A stretch of 64,000 nucleotides of DNA, from the NCBI GenBank assembly GCA_039621445.1, contig CP154954.1, positions 36,627,703 to 36,691,702 of the forward strand. Direction: 5' to 3'. The notes under the pieces are model-generated. The model was not told where the DNA came from. It ran no database searches and saw nothing but the letters and a program-made list of their open reading frames with translations. The position numbers and the translations under genes are program-made. This DNA comes from Euglena gracilis. Its lineage: Eukaryota. Positions 45,160 to 59,280 of this stretch are shown piece after piece (position 1 is the first letter of the stretch; the number at the start of each line of letters is the position of its first letter).

Positions 45160-45429
45160 TCGGCACAGCGGGACCAAATCATTCTTGGCGATGCATGCGG
45201 TTCCGCGGTCATATTTCTGGAACACCCGCACGATGTTCTCCAGCATCTCCCGCGTCAGGCAAACATTCTCCAAGTCCTGAACCCACAGTCGGAATAAGAA
45301 CAAAATGTGCCACAAACAAGAGAAACTGAGATGGTCAAAATCCACATAATAAAAGAAACATGCAAAAAAAGTTCTAGTTCCTTCACCTGGTCAACCTCCC
45401 GACATACAGACCAAAAACCAGTCAGCGCT
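45160..45429 (-). CDS. Two internal exons (45387-45429, 45160-45276) of an unidentified gene with an EF-hand-like segment
   Basis: AG/GT-bounded and phase-compatible: ALTGFWSVCREVDQ + DLENVCLTREMLENIVRVFQKYDRGTACIAKNDLVPLCR. No other exons located. Confidence 0.45.
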
Positions 45430-45932
45430 CTGAAAACGGGGGGGGGGGGTGCAGTGACTAAGTCATAGGGATGCCAAAGATGACAAATTGCAGTTTCTTA
45501 AAAAATATGGGTGAGCAAACCATGAGTGGCAATATATGTCAGGGTTCTGACGGACTTGAGGGGTTCCAGCTGAATGAGTGTGAGTCACTGGTTATTAAAT
45601 TGGGTAGGTGGTTACCAGGCCATTGCTTGAGGACCTGCAGGGTACACTGGCCAGCCATTTTGTTAGATGCTGGAAATAATGGACTAGCTGGACCCCCCCC
45701 CCCAGGGGTCTGCGGGTCCCCCCAACTTAAAAAAAAAAATCTTCTGGCGGTTCGTGCTGAGGTGGAAATGAGGTGTTTAATGCTTATTAGCTGATTCTAT
45801 TCCAAAAAAAATCCAAAAAATGGGCTTTTTGGGCCTTTGGGGGGGTTCTTTCAGCGCTTCAAAAACGGTGAAAAAACTTTCCCACTAATCAGCCCTGCTA
45901 GCGGACCCCACCCCCAAGGGGTCCACAAGAAT

Positions 45933-46359
45933 CAGGGTTCGATATAAGGACAGGTGGGGGGGGGGTGGTCCGGACCCCCCCTGCGGGCCAGGAGGGTGGG
46001 GGGGGGGGGGGGACACCCCCCCCACCTAAACAGGTGCGCGGTCAGGGTGGCCGAATTTTCGGCCCGGCGCGAAGCGCCGGGCCGAAAATTTTTGACCCCC
46101 CAAAACGACCAAAAGTGCCATTTTGGGCACTTTTTGGGCAAAAATGTGCCAAAAATGCAAAAAATTTTCGGCGCAAAGCGCCGGAGGAAAAAATTGACCC
46201 TTTTTTGGGGGGGTCAATTTTTGCCCCCGAGTGTCGGTCCGGACCCCCCTGACAGGTGGGGGGTGGGTCCGGACCCCCCCCTGCGGGCCAGGAGGGGGGG
46301 GGGGTGGGGGGGACACCCCCCCACCTAAACCATGTACGCCCTCCTTATATCGAACCCTG
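45933..46359. mobile_element. hAT-like MITE family A
   Basis: 18-bp perfect TIR CAGGGTTCGATATAAGGA; perfect 8-bp TSD ACAAGAAT. Confidence 0.9.
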
Positions 46360-49349
46360 ACAAGAATTCCCATAAACCAAATTTGGGATGGCAGCAATCC
46401 GACCCCCCCCCAGGAGCTGGTGGTTACTCATATTCAAAAGAAATCCTATACAATGAATGTGCCCCTTCGGCTGGTTCATTGGATCCAAAATGCAAAACAA
46501 ACCCAGGGGGATGCCTAAAAAGCGGTGCGGCACTGCTGGGGCACCGCTTGACGCCGCTTGGCGACAAACTGCTGCAACTTCAGCTGCAAGAGGGTTCTCC
46601 TCACTGAAGCTGTCACAGGGTCAATCACATTCGTTGGCAGTCAAACTGGCCAGCGAGCATTGGTGTGCCACTTCAGAAGGAGGATGGCTGGGGGAATCCC
46701 AAATGCAATGTGTAAAGTCTGGCAAGAAAGTGCTTGGAACTCTTCTGTACGAAAGAGCGCAACCAAAAGTGGGGACTTAAAGTTGACTGCACTTTGCAGT
46801 TTTAGTTATTGGCACCGGTCTGTTTGGCCTTGGGCTTGTATTATTGGGAACCCTTTGGGGTGGGGTAGCATGGTGTATAAATTTTTATTTATTAGGGTTT
46901 TTAAAACCCCTCCCTCCCAATGACCTTGAACATCGACTGGGAACTGTTGTGGAGAGGTCTTTCTTCCTCGTTTGTGGCTTTTGAAAAACTAGCCAGGTGA
47001 GGGTCGCTCTAACAAACGGCAATTCAACAGAAAGCTGAAGAATATCCCACATCTCTACACGTAAAATGTGCAGATGTCTCGGAACTTCCCAATTGCAAAG
47101 TCATTAGTCGGATAACTCAAAAATGGATGGGAAAACATGTTGCATTGGGGACAATCAAAATTTTGTTGAATTAATTTTTCCCTGAATATCAACTGCAGAG
47201 CATCTTCTTTGGAGGAGTTTAATCGCTTGGGAAGCCTGCCGAGAAACAGGGTGGTCGTTAATAATAATAATAATAAAATCCCCAAAAATGATAAAAAAAA
47301 CAAGCAACGTACAGCAAAAACCCCAAAAATGCAGGCAAATCTGCATCCTCCGCCATGCTCACCTGCAGGGCTGCACAGGAAGGCCTGGTGTGAGGGGGTG
47401 GTCGACCCCCTCCACCCCTCCACCCGGGAGGTGGGGGGTTGACGCCCCCACCACAAAATTCCTTCGGCACCGTTGGCACCGAAAGGAAAGTCTGACCCAA
47501 AAATTGGCGCCGGAAATACGGGAAGGCATGGTGGGGGGTCCCCCCACCCACCAGGATGCACCCATCACAATAGGGTTGCGGGGATTCCCGCAAAGCCCTG
47601 ACCACCAGAGGTAGGGTTTCGGCATTAAAAAAATGTGTTGTGAAAAAAAGATGTTTTCTCTTCTGCCATGACAACATCCAATGCAAAAAGAGCATCCCTC
47701 CAAGGAAAAGAAATACGGGTGGCAATGCAACGGAGGTGCGTGGTAATGATCTGAAAAAAGCATCAAGCTTTTTTTAAAGGGCCAATCAAATTTTTGCAAC
47801 CATGTTCGCACAAAACCGCCCATACAGGATGCATAATGACCACCTCCCTGGTTGGAAAAATCAGTCAACTAATTGAGCACCTGCCGAACACACTGTGGAG
47901 GGAGAGTTGCTCAATTCACCATCAATGAAAAATGCTGGGAAAAAACAGCTGAGGAACATTTGCACGCGCCATCATCAACAGCCAGTTTGGCAGCCAACAG
48001 ACTTTCCTTGGGGTGCGTTGCTCCTTCGGCCTGAAAAGGAACAAAATGAATCGCAGCAAAATGTGAAGTCCCGGTACACTCTGAACAGATCTCACCCAAC
48101 GCTGGCCTCGGATGATCACATTTGTAACTGAATTCCCCAAAATCATATTTCACCAAAATATATTCGTCCTGTCAACTTTGGCCTCGTTCCCACTTTAATC
48201 TCGAACATCCTTGAGAACCATCGCCCACATGTCCAGGCCAGAAGTTGGAAAGGGCAACCCCCAACTGATATCCCCCGGTGATATGTTTGGACAACCCAAC
48301 CCCGGGGGCGATTGGGGGAAATTTGAAAGGAAAATTGGTTGCCAAAAATTTCGGTGGTGTGCGTTCGATAGTCTTGGCACTGCTTACACACTTTTCAAGA
48401 AGATCAAGCAATGGACGTTGCTTCTGGGTGGGGGCCACACGACCAGTGGGCCCCGGCTCCGGCTTTAGAGAACTCCTGTGTGTTCCCAGTTGTTGCACTG
48501 CTGTCTCCCATTGCTTTCTCAATGGGATGGGCAAACTGGCAAGGAGGTGGTCCTCCACCAGCATCCCATGGACCCCCCAACGTTAAGACACCCCTGGGTC
48601 GATCGAGCAAAAATCCAGAAATAAGACCCGGGTCCAAGCACCTATAGTTGACCCCCAGATTTTCGCCATTTCGGCCATTTTCGGCCATTTTCGGCCATTT
48701 TTTCTTATAGATGGGGGTAAAGCTGCCTTAAAATTCTTTCATACCAACAATACATTTTGATCATTCAGTCAACATGAAAGCAGTCGTGGCAAGCTAACGC
48801 ATCCAAGGAGGTCCGTTTGGAATGGGTGCTCAGGGATTAAAGAGGTCAAAGAGTTTTTTGTTGCAATATGCAAATGCAAGGTTTGGGAATAAGCTCCATT
48901 TTTCCTGCCAGAGAGGCTCTTGTCCACTTTGGGGTTTTTGGGACGCATCATGAGAGTGTGGGTGGCAACACCAAAAATGGTGTTTTTCTCTTCAAGCCTC
49001 TTGGCATGGATGTTTTTCACAAACAACTTCCCCTCACCTATTCCAATTTGATACCCCAAGCAACATTGTTTGAGGGTGGCACTGTTATATCCCATCCACT
49101 TGTGTGCAATAAACCCAATGCAGGAATCACACCTTTAAGAGAGAAAAAACACTTCACACACTTTGCCTAATTGCACCTTGTCACCACAATTTTCTGAAAT
49201 GTCATCAAAACCATCGGCTTTGGCCCAAATAACCCATTTGGAGGTGGTTCGTTGAGCAGCATGTGCAAGCAAAGAAAAGCAAACAAAAACAAACAAACAT
49301 ATGATTGGTCCATAATATTCAAATATTGACATCAAATGTGCTCACCAAA

Positions 49350-49765
49350 TGTCTGCACCTTGTTCAACATCGCATCTCGCCCAGCATCTACATCTTGTCC
49401 AATATCTACATCCGTTGCATCAACAATCACCGCATCTTGTCTGGTGTGTGCATCTTATCCAATACCTGCACCTTGTCAAGATCTTAATCTTGTCCAGTAT
49501 CTGCATACACTGCATCTTCTCCAGCATCTGCATCTTGTCCAGCATCTGCATCTTGTACAACATCTGCATCTTCTCCAGTGTCGACATCTTGTCCAGTGTC
49601 TGCATCTTGAACAACGTCTGCATCTTGTCCAATGTCTGCATCTTGTCCAGCACCTGCATCTTGTCCAGTATCTGCATCTGCATCTTTTCCAGTCTGCATC
49701 TTGTTCAACTTCTGCATCTTGTCCCGACATCTTGTTCAGCATCTGCATCCATTGCATCTTGTCAT
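49350..49765. repeat. 18-bp minisatellite (TCTGCATCTTGTCCAGYA)n
   Basis: Degenerate tandem array; the unit length is a multiple of 3, so several frames stay open. Confidence 0.9.
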
Positions 49766-52700
49766 GCGCTGTGGATCTGCCCCGCCCTCCCCTGGTGAAC
49801 CCCCCCAAAATAAGGCCCGGGCAAGCACCTATAGTAAAAATGGCCAAAAATGGTCGAAAATGGCCGAAAATGGCCGAAAATGGCCGAAAATGATATTTTG
49901 GGCTCTATAGGTGGGGGTCCCGAAAATGGCCGAAAATGGCCGAAAATGGCCGAAAATGAGAAAAAAATTGTTGCAATTTTTTTCCAGTTTTTTTTTGCCT
50001 TACAGTTTCTTTTTTCCTGAGGGGCAATTTTCAGTGCGACTGATTCTTGTCTCTGCGCAGCCTCTCTTCTTTTGTTATTATGCCTGGCCCTGCAACGCAT
50101 GCTGCTCAAAGAACCACCTCCGAAAAGGTTATTTGGGCCAAAGCTGATATTTCGATGGCATTTCAAAAAAAAATTGGTGACAAGGGCGATGCTGGCAATT
50201 TTTTTTTAATAATTTGAAGAATTAAACCCATTTTTGGAATAATTTCTCCAAAAATTTCTCCACAAATTTCCAATAATACTCCCACGTTGACCATTTTGGA
50301 TCAACTTTTGCTAATTTTGGGGATACTTTGCACTGATTTGGCAAATATTGGGCTAATTTGGGCCAGTATGAGCACATTTAATGGCATTTTGCGCCATTTT
50401 GGTGATTTTGGTTATCTTTCACAATTTTGTGGACATTGTTGGCGTTTTTGGGCAAGTTTAGGTTATTGAAGCAATTTTAGGTCATTTTGATTGCTTTTTG
50501 GGGACTTTTGCGGTCAATTTTAGGTTTTTGTGGTCATTTTTTGGGGTTTCTGTGGTCATTTTGCTGGGTTGGGAGCCAGTGGATGCAGTGGTTACAGATA
50601 CAAACCAAATTTGGACTAGCTGCGGTCCACCCCCCAGGGGGAAAACGCAAGATGAAAAAAACCTCACACAAAAAAAAGCAAATTGCAAATAAAATTTTTG
50701 GACTCCCGGGAACTTTTGGAGCTCCCCCGGGATGTGCAATTTTCCACTGGAGAGAACTTCCTTCCACTGGTGAGGAAATTCATTTTCATCCTTCATCATT
50801 TTCTAGCCATTTCCAACCATTTTCCCACCACGGTGAAGCTTCAGTGTGGGAAACTGGTGCCAGCGGGAAAACACACAATAAAACACAGTAAGAAAAAGGC
50901 ACTTCTAAAAACATCGTGCAACCGTAACTCTTGTCCACCCTGTGTGATCTGCCGTTTCCAGTTTTTCCATCAAAAAGACTGACAATTGAACAAAGCCGAA
51001 AATCAAAATTGAAGCCCACCTGTCTCGCAAGGTTGTGGAACTTCACAAACAGGGGTGTAGCTGTGGGAGGTGTAGTACTCTGTGATGAACCCAATCAAGC
51101 AGCCTGACCACAGCCCAATCAGAACGCAGGCATAAGCACCCCACCAGTGGCATGGAATTGGCTGGGGGAGAGGAACAAAAAAACCGCACATGAATAAAAT
51201 GAGGCGTTTGTTGGCTAAAATCAATCTATGCAGGGGTGTCGGCTCCCACACAACAAATTATCCAAGACCTGACAAAACCCACAGGCTTGTGCTTACCGAC
51301 CGTGGGGGGGGTGCTATAAGGTGCCTGCCCCTAGCAGGCATACCCCCCGGGGAAGGCCTTTTCCGAGCCCCCGGCGCCGGGGTCGGAGGGGGGTGCTTGC
51401 TATGGGCAGGCACCCCCCAAAACCCGACCCCCTCCTGGCTCCCCGGCAGCCCCCACCAACCCACTGTCGAGATCCCTCCAAGGAGGGTTGGATTGAGTGA
51501 ACCTATATCCCCAACTCTGGGGGAAAACTCATTTGCCAACTCCGCACCAGGTGGTTCCATTGGCCTGGAGAGGAGAGCAGTTTGGGCTGGCCAGCCTTCT
51601 CACCTGAACGCCCAATGTGGGAAACAAAAATGCAACCAACAAGCACTGGTGTTACAGTTTTCTCAGCTTCATTTTCAGCTTCACGCTTCCATGTTTAATT
51701 CCACAACCAAGAGTGGAACAGGCTTGGCCACCTCTGGCAGGATTTCAGAAACCAACCGGAAAGGTGGACCCAGTGGAAGGTGGACCTACCTCTCCCCCCC
51801 CCCAAGCCCAATGGACACTAAGGTGACAATCTAGACGGTCCGAAAGGGGGGTGTTCATTGGGCTTGGGGTACGGTTTCTGTGCAGATAAGGTATATGGTG
51901 ACAATCCCGACGGCCCGAACACCCCCTGTTCATTGGACAAGGGCATTCATTGGGCAGGGGGGGGGGGGAGGTAGCCAAAATCAATTTCTCTGTGCAGATG
52001 AAGGATCAAAAACCATGTGTTTCCAATGACTAAATTTTCATTGTCCCATGCCAGCGTTGCTGGGGCTCTTCTCGCTTCAGAGAAATCGGTTCATCAAACA
52101 TCAGAGACTGCAGTTTGAACAAAGTCATCATTCGCACAATCACTAAAGCAGTCACAAACAATTGAGCCTCAGAAAGCATTAATGCCTTCAGTCACATCAG
52201 GTCAGCAAGCCAGGTGTCTCATCCAAGGCCCACCCGAAAGCTGAAAGGGCAGAAACAGCACCACTCCATTGGAGTCCAAATAAGTCGTGAAGCTGAATGC
52301 CTCTGGCAGCCAATACTTCATCATGGGCAGTGTCGCCCCAGACATCAGCAGGGCCATGGAAAACAGCAGCACCTTCAACACGGTCTCCACATCCTCCTAC
52401 AAGCAAAGAGGAATGTGACAAACCGCTGCCGCACCCATCACCAAAACCTATCTGAATCAGCGATTTCTGAGGGGAATCAGCGGTTTCTGATGGCTAGCAG
52501 GAAAAAAAGGTGCTGGCTGGACGCCCCATCCCGCAAAGGTGCTCTGGGGCTGGGTCCCCAAAAATGCCCAATAAGACCAAAACCAGATGGGTTGACATTT
52601 TTCAGAGGTGAAGAACCAAACCTCCCTAACAACGCCTCTTTCCAAAATTTTCTGTGCTTTGCGCCAAAATTTTTTCGGTCCGCCTTCGCTGGGCTGGCCC

Positions 52701-52821
52701 AAACTTTATTTCTGCGGACCCCTGGCAGGGGTGTAGAAAGTGGAGGAGAAAAAAATGCTTCCCCTGCTCCGGACTGTCTCCAAAGTGGCGTGTTCCGCAT
52801 GACCCCCCTCCCGTGACCTGC

Positions 52822-53252
52822 CAGGGTTCGATATAAGGACAGGTGGGGGGGGGGTGGTCCGGACCCCCCCCCCTGCGGGCCAGGAGGGGGGGGGGGGGGG
52901 GGGACACCCCCCCCCACCTAAACAGGTGCGCGGTCAGGGTGGCCAAATTTTCGGCCCGGCGCTTTGCGCCGGGCCGAAAATTTTTGACCCCCCAAAACGA
53001 CCAAAAGTGCCATTTTGGGCACTTTTTGGGCAAAAATGTGCCAAAAATGCAAAAAATTTTCGGCGCAAAGCGCCGGAGGAAAAAATTGACCCTTTTTGGG
53101 GGGTCAAATTTTACCCCCGAGGGTCGGTCCGGACCCCCCTTGCAGGTGGGGGGGGTGGTCCGGACCCCCCCCTGTGGGCCAGGAGGGGGGGGGGGTGGGG
53201 GGGGACACCCCCCCCACCTAAACCATGTACGCCCTCCTTATATCAAACCCTG
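52822..53252. mobile_element. hAT-like MITE family A
   Basis: Near-identical to 45933-46359; perfect 8-bp TSD TGACCTGC. Confidence 0.9.
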
Positions 53253-53631
53253 TGACCTGCACCACACCCAAAAACTTACCTTCGGTCACAAATTCGGCAA
53301 GCCCCCCTGAACCATTTGTCACTGTGTGATGTTTACAAGGAGGATCTCTGGGCGTTGAGCCTTGATGACATCCTGGATGAGTTCATAAAATGAAACAACT
53401 TGCAGGTGTCCACTTTCGCTTTGGAAAAATGATTTGTCTGAGTGACATGCTTTGCCCACAGAATGCTCTGATATCATTGGAAAACACACAGCACCAGAAA
53501 AAATTTTTTGGTCTCCCCACCTGGGAAAAAATGTTCCCACACGTATGATCCCTGGGTCCACGGCTGGGAGGTGCTGGCTGGAACTCCCCCCGGGAGGTAG
53601 GGCCACGGGCTTGAAAACCCCTGATCTGAAT

Positions 53632-53928
53632 CATGCTTGTGTGTACCGACCGGGGGGGAGGGGGGTGGGTGGGTGCTATAGGGCGCCTGCCCCTAGCAGG
53701 CACACCCCCGGGGGGTAGGGGTCGGGGGGACCCAGAAAAATTTTATTGAAAATGGCCTTTTCCGGGCCCCCAGCGCCTTCGGCACCGTAATCGGAGTGCG
53801 GTGCCTGCTATGGGCAGGCACCCCCCAAAAACCTACCCCCCCCCCGGGGTCGGACCGGGTGCTATGGGGTGCCTGCCCCTAGCAGCCCCCCCCCCCGGGG
53901 GGTAGCCACCCAACTGAGCACAAGCCTA
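53632..53928. mobile_element. hAT-like MITE family B (reverse orientation)
   Basis: TIR CATGCTTGTG / CACAAGCCTA; TSD ATCTGAAT/ATATGAAT. Confidence 0.75.
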
Positions 53929-55788
53929 ATATGAATACAGCGTCAAAGCCCGGTTGGCAACCCGCCTCTTTGCAAGACCCCCGGGGGGGTCCCTCTCTCT
54001 TCTCCCCCCACCCACCCTGCCCGGCGCGGTACCCCGAGGGAGGGGACGCCCCCAAAAATCAAGCCTGTGAAAAGTGGTCGAACATCCAAAAATTGCCCAA
54101 AAATGACCCCCTTTGGGGGCCCGAGGTTCGCATATGGGAATAGCCTGGGGGGGACCTAGGTCCCCCCCCCCGAGCTGTCCCCCTCGCTGTTCCTATTGGC
54201 CGTAAAGGGTTATGGGACCGGAATAGCTCGGGAGGGGGGAGGGCATGGTATTTTATTATTGAACGCTTTTTTTGGTCAAAAATTTGTCAAAAACGCAAAA
54301 ACACTTACCTTCCCCCCTCAATCTTGTCCCATACCCCGGCTAATGGCCCCGAGCGAGAAATTGGTGATGGACGTCGCTAGCGACCATGGTCACTGGACCG
54401 TCGCCAGCGACCATTGGTGGTCGTAGCGATCAGTCGCCCTAACCACCAATTTTAAGCGCACCCCCCTCTGGAAACGTTGTCAAGCCCTCCAAAAAACATT
54501 TCATTCAAACATGAAGGAAAATGACTCGAAATCCACCCAAATGCCTACAAAAACCCCCACCCGGCAAGAAAAAATCGGGTAATATCTTCTTTTTTTGTGC
54601 CAGTTCTGTTCAAGTCGGATTTCGGCCTGTGCCCAGGAACTTTCCTCGGAAAACAGCCAATTTTCCTTGAAAATAGGCCTTTTCTGAGCCCTGTGGCGCA
54701 TTCGGCACCGGAGTGCCTGCTGGGCACTTTTGGCTGAGTGCCCGGGTCGGATTTTTGTACCTTGGGGTGCCTGCCCAGGCACCCCCCCCCCCAGGTGGGC
54801 TCGGCGCCGACTAAAATACAGTGCTCGGCCAAAAGTGGCCAAAAATGAGAGGAATTTGGCCAAATCCTCACATTCTTTCCTTTCAGCCATTTGTGGCTGA
54901 CCCCACCAGAGGGCAAGCAAAAAAACCAGTCATCAGTCAGGGTCGAGTTGGACACACCTTGAGCAACGGTGTGCCCCCCCCTTGGCTTCCCTTGGCAACC
55001 CCCCCCCATTTGAATGGAAGCCACCCAACCCAAAATAACAGCTTGGTTGTCCCAAGATGACCTTCGGACGGCTTCGAATGAATCACTTCGGTTCAAAAAA
55101 AAGAACGCCAGTCACTTTGTGAAACTAGCAGTCAACCCATCGGCCAAAAACGATACTGTTTTCAGCAGCATTTTCTTCAAAAACCAGAAATATGTGTCCT
55201 GAAACCGCAGTCCTGACTGTGGCGCACCTTGGTGTAAATTCCTTCTCCGACGCGTCCGAAAAGAGCCACGGAAGAACCACCGGGACCATAACCAGCGATA
55301 CACTCAAACAGCAGCTTAGCCTCTCCAGTTGATGCAGAACCAACATGCTTCTCGAAAAGGTCGAGAAGTCCGAACAGGATGAGGATGGCCAGAGAGCACA
55401 AGGCGAAACCCATGACACCACCAGCCCTGAAGGCGACGTTGAACGAGTCAGTCCAACCCTGAACAAAAGGAGATGGATGTCATCAGAGCAGGGAAAGCAA
55501 CCTTCGGGCCGTTCTGTGTAGCGTTGATAGTTGTACGAGCATTGGTAGGTGGCAACTTGCATGCCCACCCAGCCAGACAAAATCGAAGTGAAACCACCAA
55601 CGTTGCTGTCAAAGCACCACCCCACTCAAACTTTGCTCGAGTCTTCGCCGTGAGGACAAGCACCAAGCCAGAGAAGATGACAATGAAAATGGAGCACAAC
55701 GTGTACCTGCACGAAACGGAACAATAATTTCCAATGTCCCATATCGGACATCGAGTTTCCCATATCGGCCATATGTATATAAATAGAT

Positions 55789-55824
<36 letters not shown>

Positions 55825-56640
55825 CGTGACCCCCCCTATATGTCACCCACCCCTAATTGTCGCCCCCCCCCCCTTGGGGGCGACAAGTAGGGGTGGGGTA
55901 CCCATGGACCCATGGACATGTAGGGTGAATTGAGTAACCCCACCCCTAATTGTCACCCACCCCTAATTGTCGCCGGGGGGGTCAAAACGCTCCCTGGGGG
56001 GTGCCATATAGGGGGGGGGGTCACGTTATGTCATGTTATGTTAGGGGGGGTCAAGTCATGGCGTTGTGCCTGCGCCATACATCCCCCACACAGAAAAGTG
56101 GGAAGAGGGCAGGAGGCAAGGTTGACGGCTTGTTTTTTTTTGAAACAAAAAAAACATGTTTTTTTCAAAAAAAATATGTTTTTTTTAAAAAAACAAAAAA
56201 AACGTCATCGAGGGTTTGGGGGAAAATTTTTTGCAATTTTTTTTGAAAAAAACTTGGCCGGTGATGCCTAATTTGACAAAATATTGAGGTAGATTCCTAA
56301 TTTTGAGGCATGAATTTTGCAAAATTTAGACTGGTGATGCCTAATTTGGTGTCAAAATACTAATTTTAGGTTGGGGGATTCCTAATTTGGAGCCAAAAAG
56401 GATTTCCCCCCAAAATTCGTTTTCGGTGATTCCTAATTTGCCCACCGAAAATGTGGTGTTCCCCCGTGACCCCCCCCCCGTGACCTGAACCACACCCGAA
56501 AAATTTTCCTCAAAAAATGGCGGTTTCGCAAGGAAAAAGGTCAATTTTTGCTTTTTCAAAAAAAACATTTTTTTGCATTTTTTTAAAAAAAACATGGTTT
56601 TTTTGTTTTTTTTTAAAAAAAAAACAAAAAAACGTCAACC

Positions 56641-56885
56641 CTGGCAAGGAGGCAAGAGCAGCACTGGGGCGCAAGGGTGCAGACCCACCCACGGGAACCA
56701 CACCAACCACACAAGGTGAGTGTATGTCCCTACAGCGCTGGAATTACACCAGAGTTACTCACCCGGCCAGGGGGAGCAACAAAAGAGGACTGGTGTAAGG
56801 GGTCCCTGGCCACTCACCACGCAGCAAACTGGGCCAGAAGCGAAGTTAGCGCCGGCCATTAACAAACAAGAAGCCTTAGTGCAAC
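56641..56885 (+). mobile_element. LTR retrotransposon 3' relic: purine-rich tract followed by the LTR start
   Basis: AGGGGGAGCAACAAAAGAGGA lies just before TGTAAGGGG (56794); homology to 34155 begins at about that TGT. Confidence 0.5.
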
Positions 56886-56939
56886 TAAGGGGGGTCACGT
56901 TACACATATGTATGTGTATATATATGTATATGTATATGT

Positions 56940-57750
<811 letters not shown>

Positions 57751-58991
57751 CAGGGGGTTTCTTATAGGTGGTTGGGTTCAAGCTCCCCAGGGGTTTCTTA
57801 TAGGTGGGGGTTTTTATAGGTGGGCGTCGGTCCAAAAATCCTCAAAGGGTTTTTTATAGGGTGGAGTTTTCCCCCCCTTTTTGTCCCACCGACCTCCCCC
57901 CGGGAGGCCCGACCGGACAACAGGGGGGGGGGGACAATGAGGGGGTACCAAAGGAATTTCATTGGCCGGGCCAAAAAAAACCCCCCGTCGACCGGGGCCG
58001 AGGGACAATAAGGGGGGGGACAATAAGGGGGGGTGGTACGCTATTTTTGGGCCACGTTGGCCATTTTGGCCATTTTGGGCCATTTTGGGCCACCTTGAAT
58101 AGTTTTTTTGGGCTATTTTGAACATTTTGGGGTTTATATTCTGAAATTTGGGTTGTTAGTTCCTTATTTGGGGCTGAACTCCAAACTTGATCGATGCAAT
58201 TTTTTTCAAATTTTGTTGTTTGGAGATTCCTAATTTGGTCATTATTACAGGGACCAAAAAAAAGGGAAAGAAAATTAACCCCCCTCCCCACGCTGAAAGA
58301 AATTTTTGACTGCTTTTGGCCACTTTTGGCCTTTTGTCGGCTCAAATTTTTTTCGGACATTGAAACCCATTTATAAGAAACCCCCACCTATAAGAATATA
58401 TCGGGCCATTTTCTGGAAACCCACCTATAATAAACGGGTTTCTCATGAGGGGGGGAGGGTTTAAATGGCCTGAAATGGGCCCAAAATCAATACCCCCCCC
58501 TCATTGTCCCCCCCCCCTTATGGTCCCTGGGCCCCCGCCGACAGGGGGTTTTTTGGCCCAGACAACAAAAATCATTTGGTACGGGATTATTTCCCCCCCC
58601 CTTTTTGTCCGGTCGGGCCTCCCGGGGGAAGGTCGGTGGGACAATAAGGGGGGGGGGGGATAAGCCAAAAATGGCAAAAAAGCCCAAATGCCTGAATTGT
58701 GCTTAAAAAGCCCAAATTTTCAAAAAAAAAAAACTTGCCGTTTGGCCGCCCGAAGGGCGGCGAAACGGAAGCGATGTCCAACAGCAAAAACACCTAAAAG
58801 TTCAATGAAAAGTTGGGTTCTTAATCTGAAAGAACTCTTTCACAAACTGCAAAAAAAATTTGGAGGGTAATTATTTTTTGGCAGGGGGACGAAAAAATTT
58901 TGAGTCAAAAAAATCTCGGGGGGGGGAAATCTCCGGGGGGGGGGGATGGCCGCCCCCCCCCAGTTTCTACACCAATGCACACACACACCAC

Positions 58992-59101
58992 ACAAAAATC
59001 GTCCATGTCACCCGGACACACCGTGTGTCCGGGTTATGGGCGCCGAAGGCGCCCATAACCCGGGTACACGGTATGTCCGGGTGACAATGGACGATTTTTG
59101 T
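58992..59101. repeat. 110-bp near-perfect palindrome centred on CGCC-GAA-GGCG
   Basis: Arms ACAAAAATCGTCCAT(T)GTCACCCGGACA.ACCGTGT..CCGGGTTATGGGCGCC with a GAA loop at 59045-59047. Confidence 0.9.
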
Positions 59102-59199
59102 CTATATCCGTTGACTAAGAGGCCCAAGACACACACTGTGTCTCGTGGAACTTAGCCACGCAATGTCTACCCCGTATTTTTTTGCGATTGTTTGTCAAA

Positions 59200-59280
59200 T
59201 TTTCAGTTCACGAGGACACACACTGTGTCTCGTGGACTGGCAGTCCACGAGACACAGTGTGTGTCCTCGTGAACTGAAAA
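59200..59280. repeat. Perfect palindrome with 40-bp arms and a 1-nt centre
   Basis: TTTTCAGTTCACGAGGACACACACTGTGTCTCGTGGACTG-G-reverse complement; shares its core with the flanking inverted repeats. Confidence 0.95.

Larger units (their letters stand above)
51020..55706 (-). pseudogene. Fragmentary vacuolar/acidocalcisomal H+-translocating pyrophosphatase (V-H+-PPase) pseudogene, 4 exons
   Basis: GT-AG exons 55502-55706 (GGFTSILSGWVGMQVATY/NARTT, two frameshifts), 55228-55458 (FNVAFRAGGVMGF..LFECIAGYGPGGSSVALFGRVGEGIYTK), 52262-52396 (DVETVLKVLLFSMALLM..YWLPEAF) and 51020-51161 (GLWSGCLIGFITEYYTSHSYTPVCEVPQPCETG). The catalytic DVGADLVGKVE/DNVGD exons and both ends were not found. Confidence 0.85.

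Noticed and set aside
49336-49893. His/Cys-rich or (DADAGQ)n repeat protein
   Set aside because: An 18-bp minisatellite leaves most frames open on both strands; no frame is favoured and no splice context was found.
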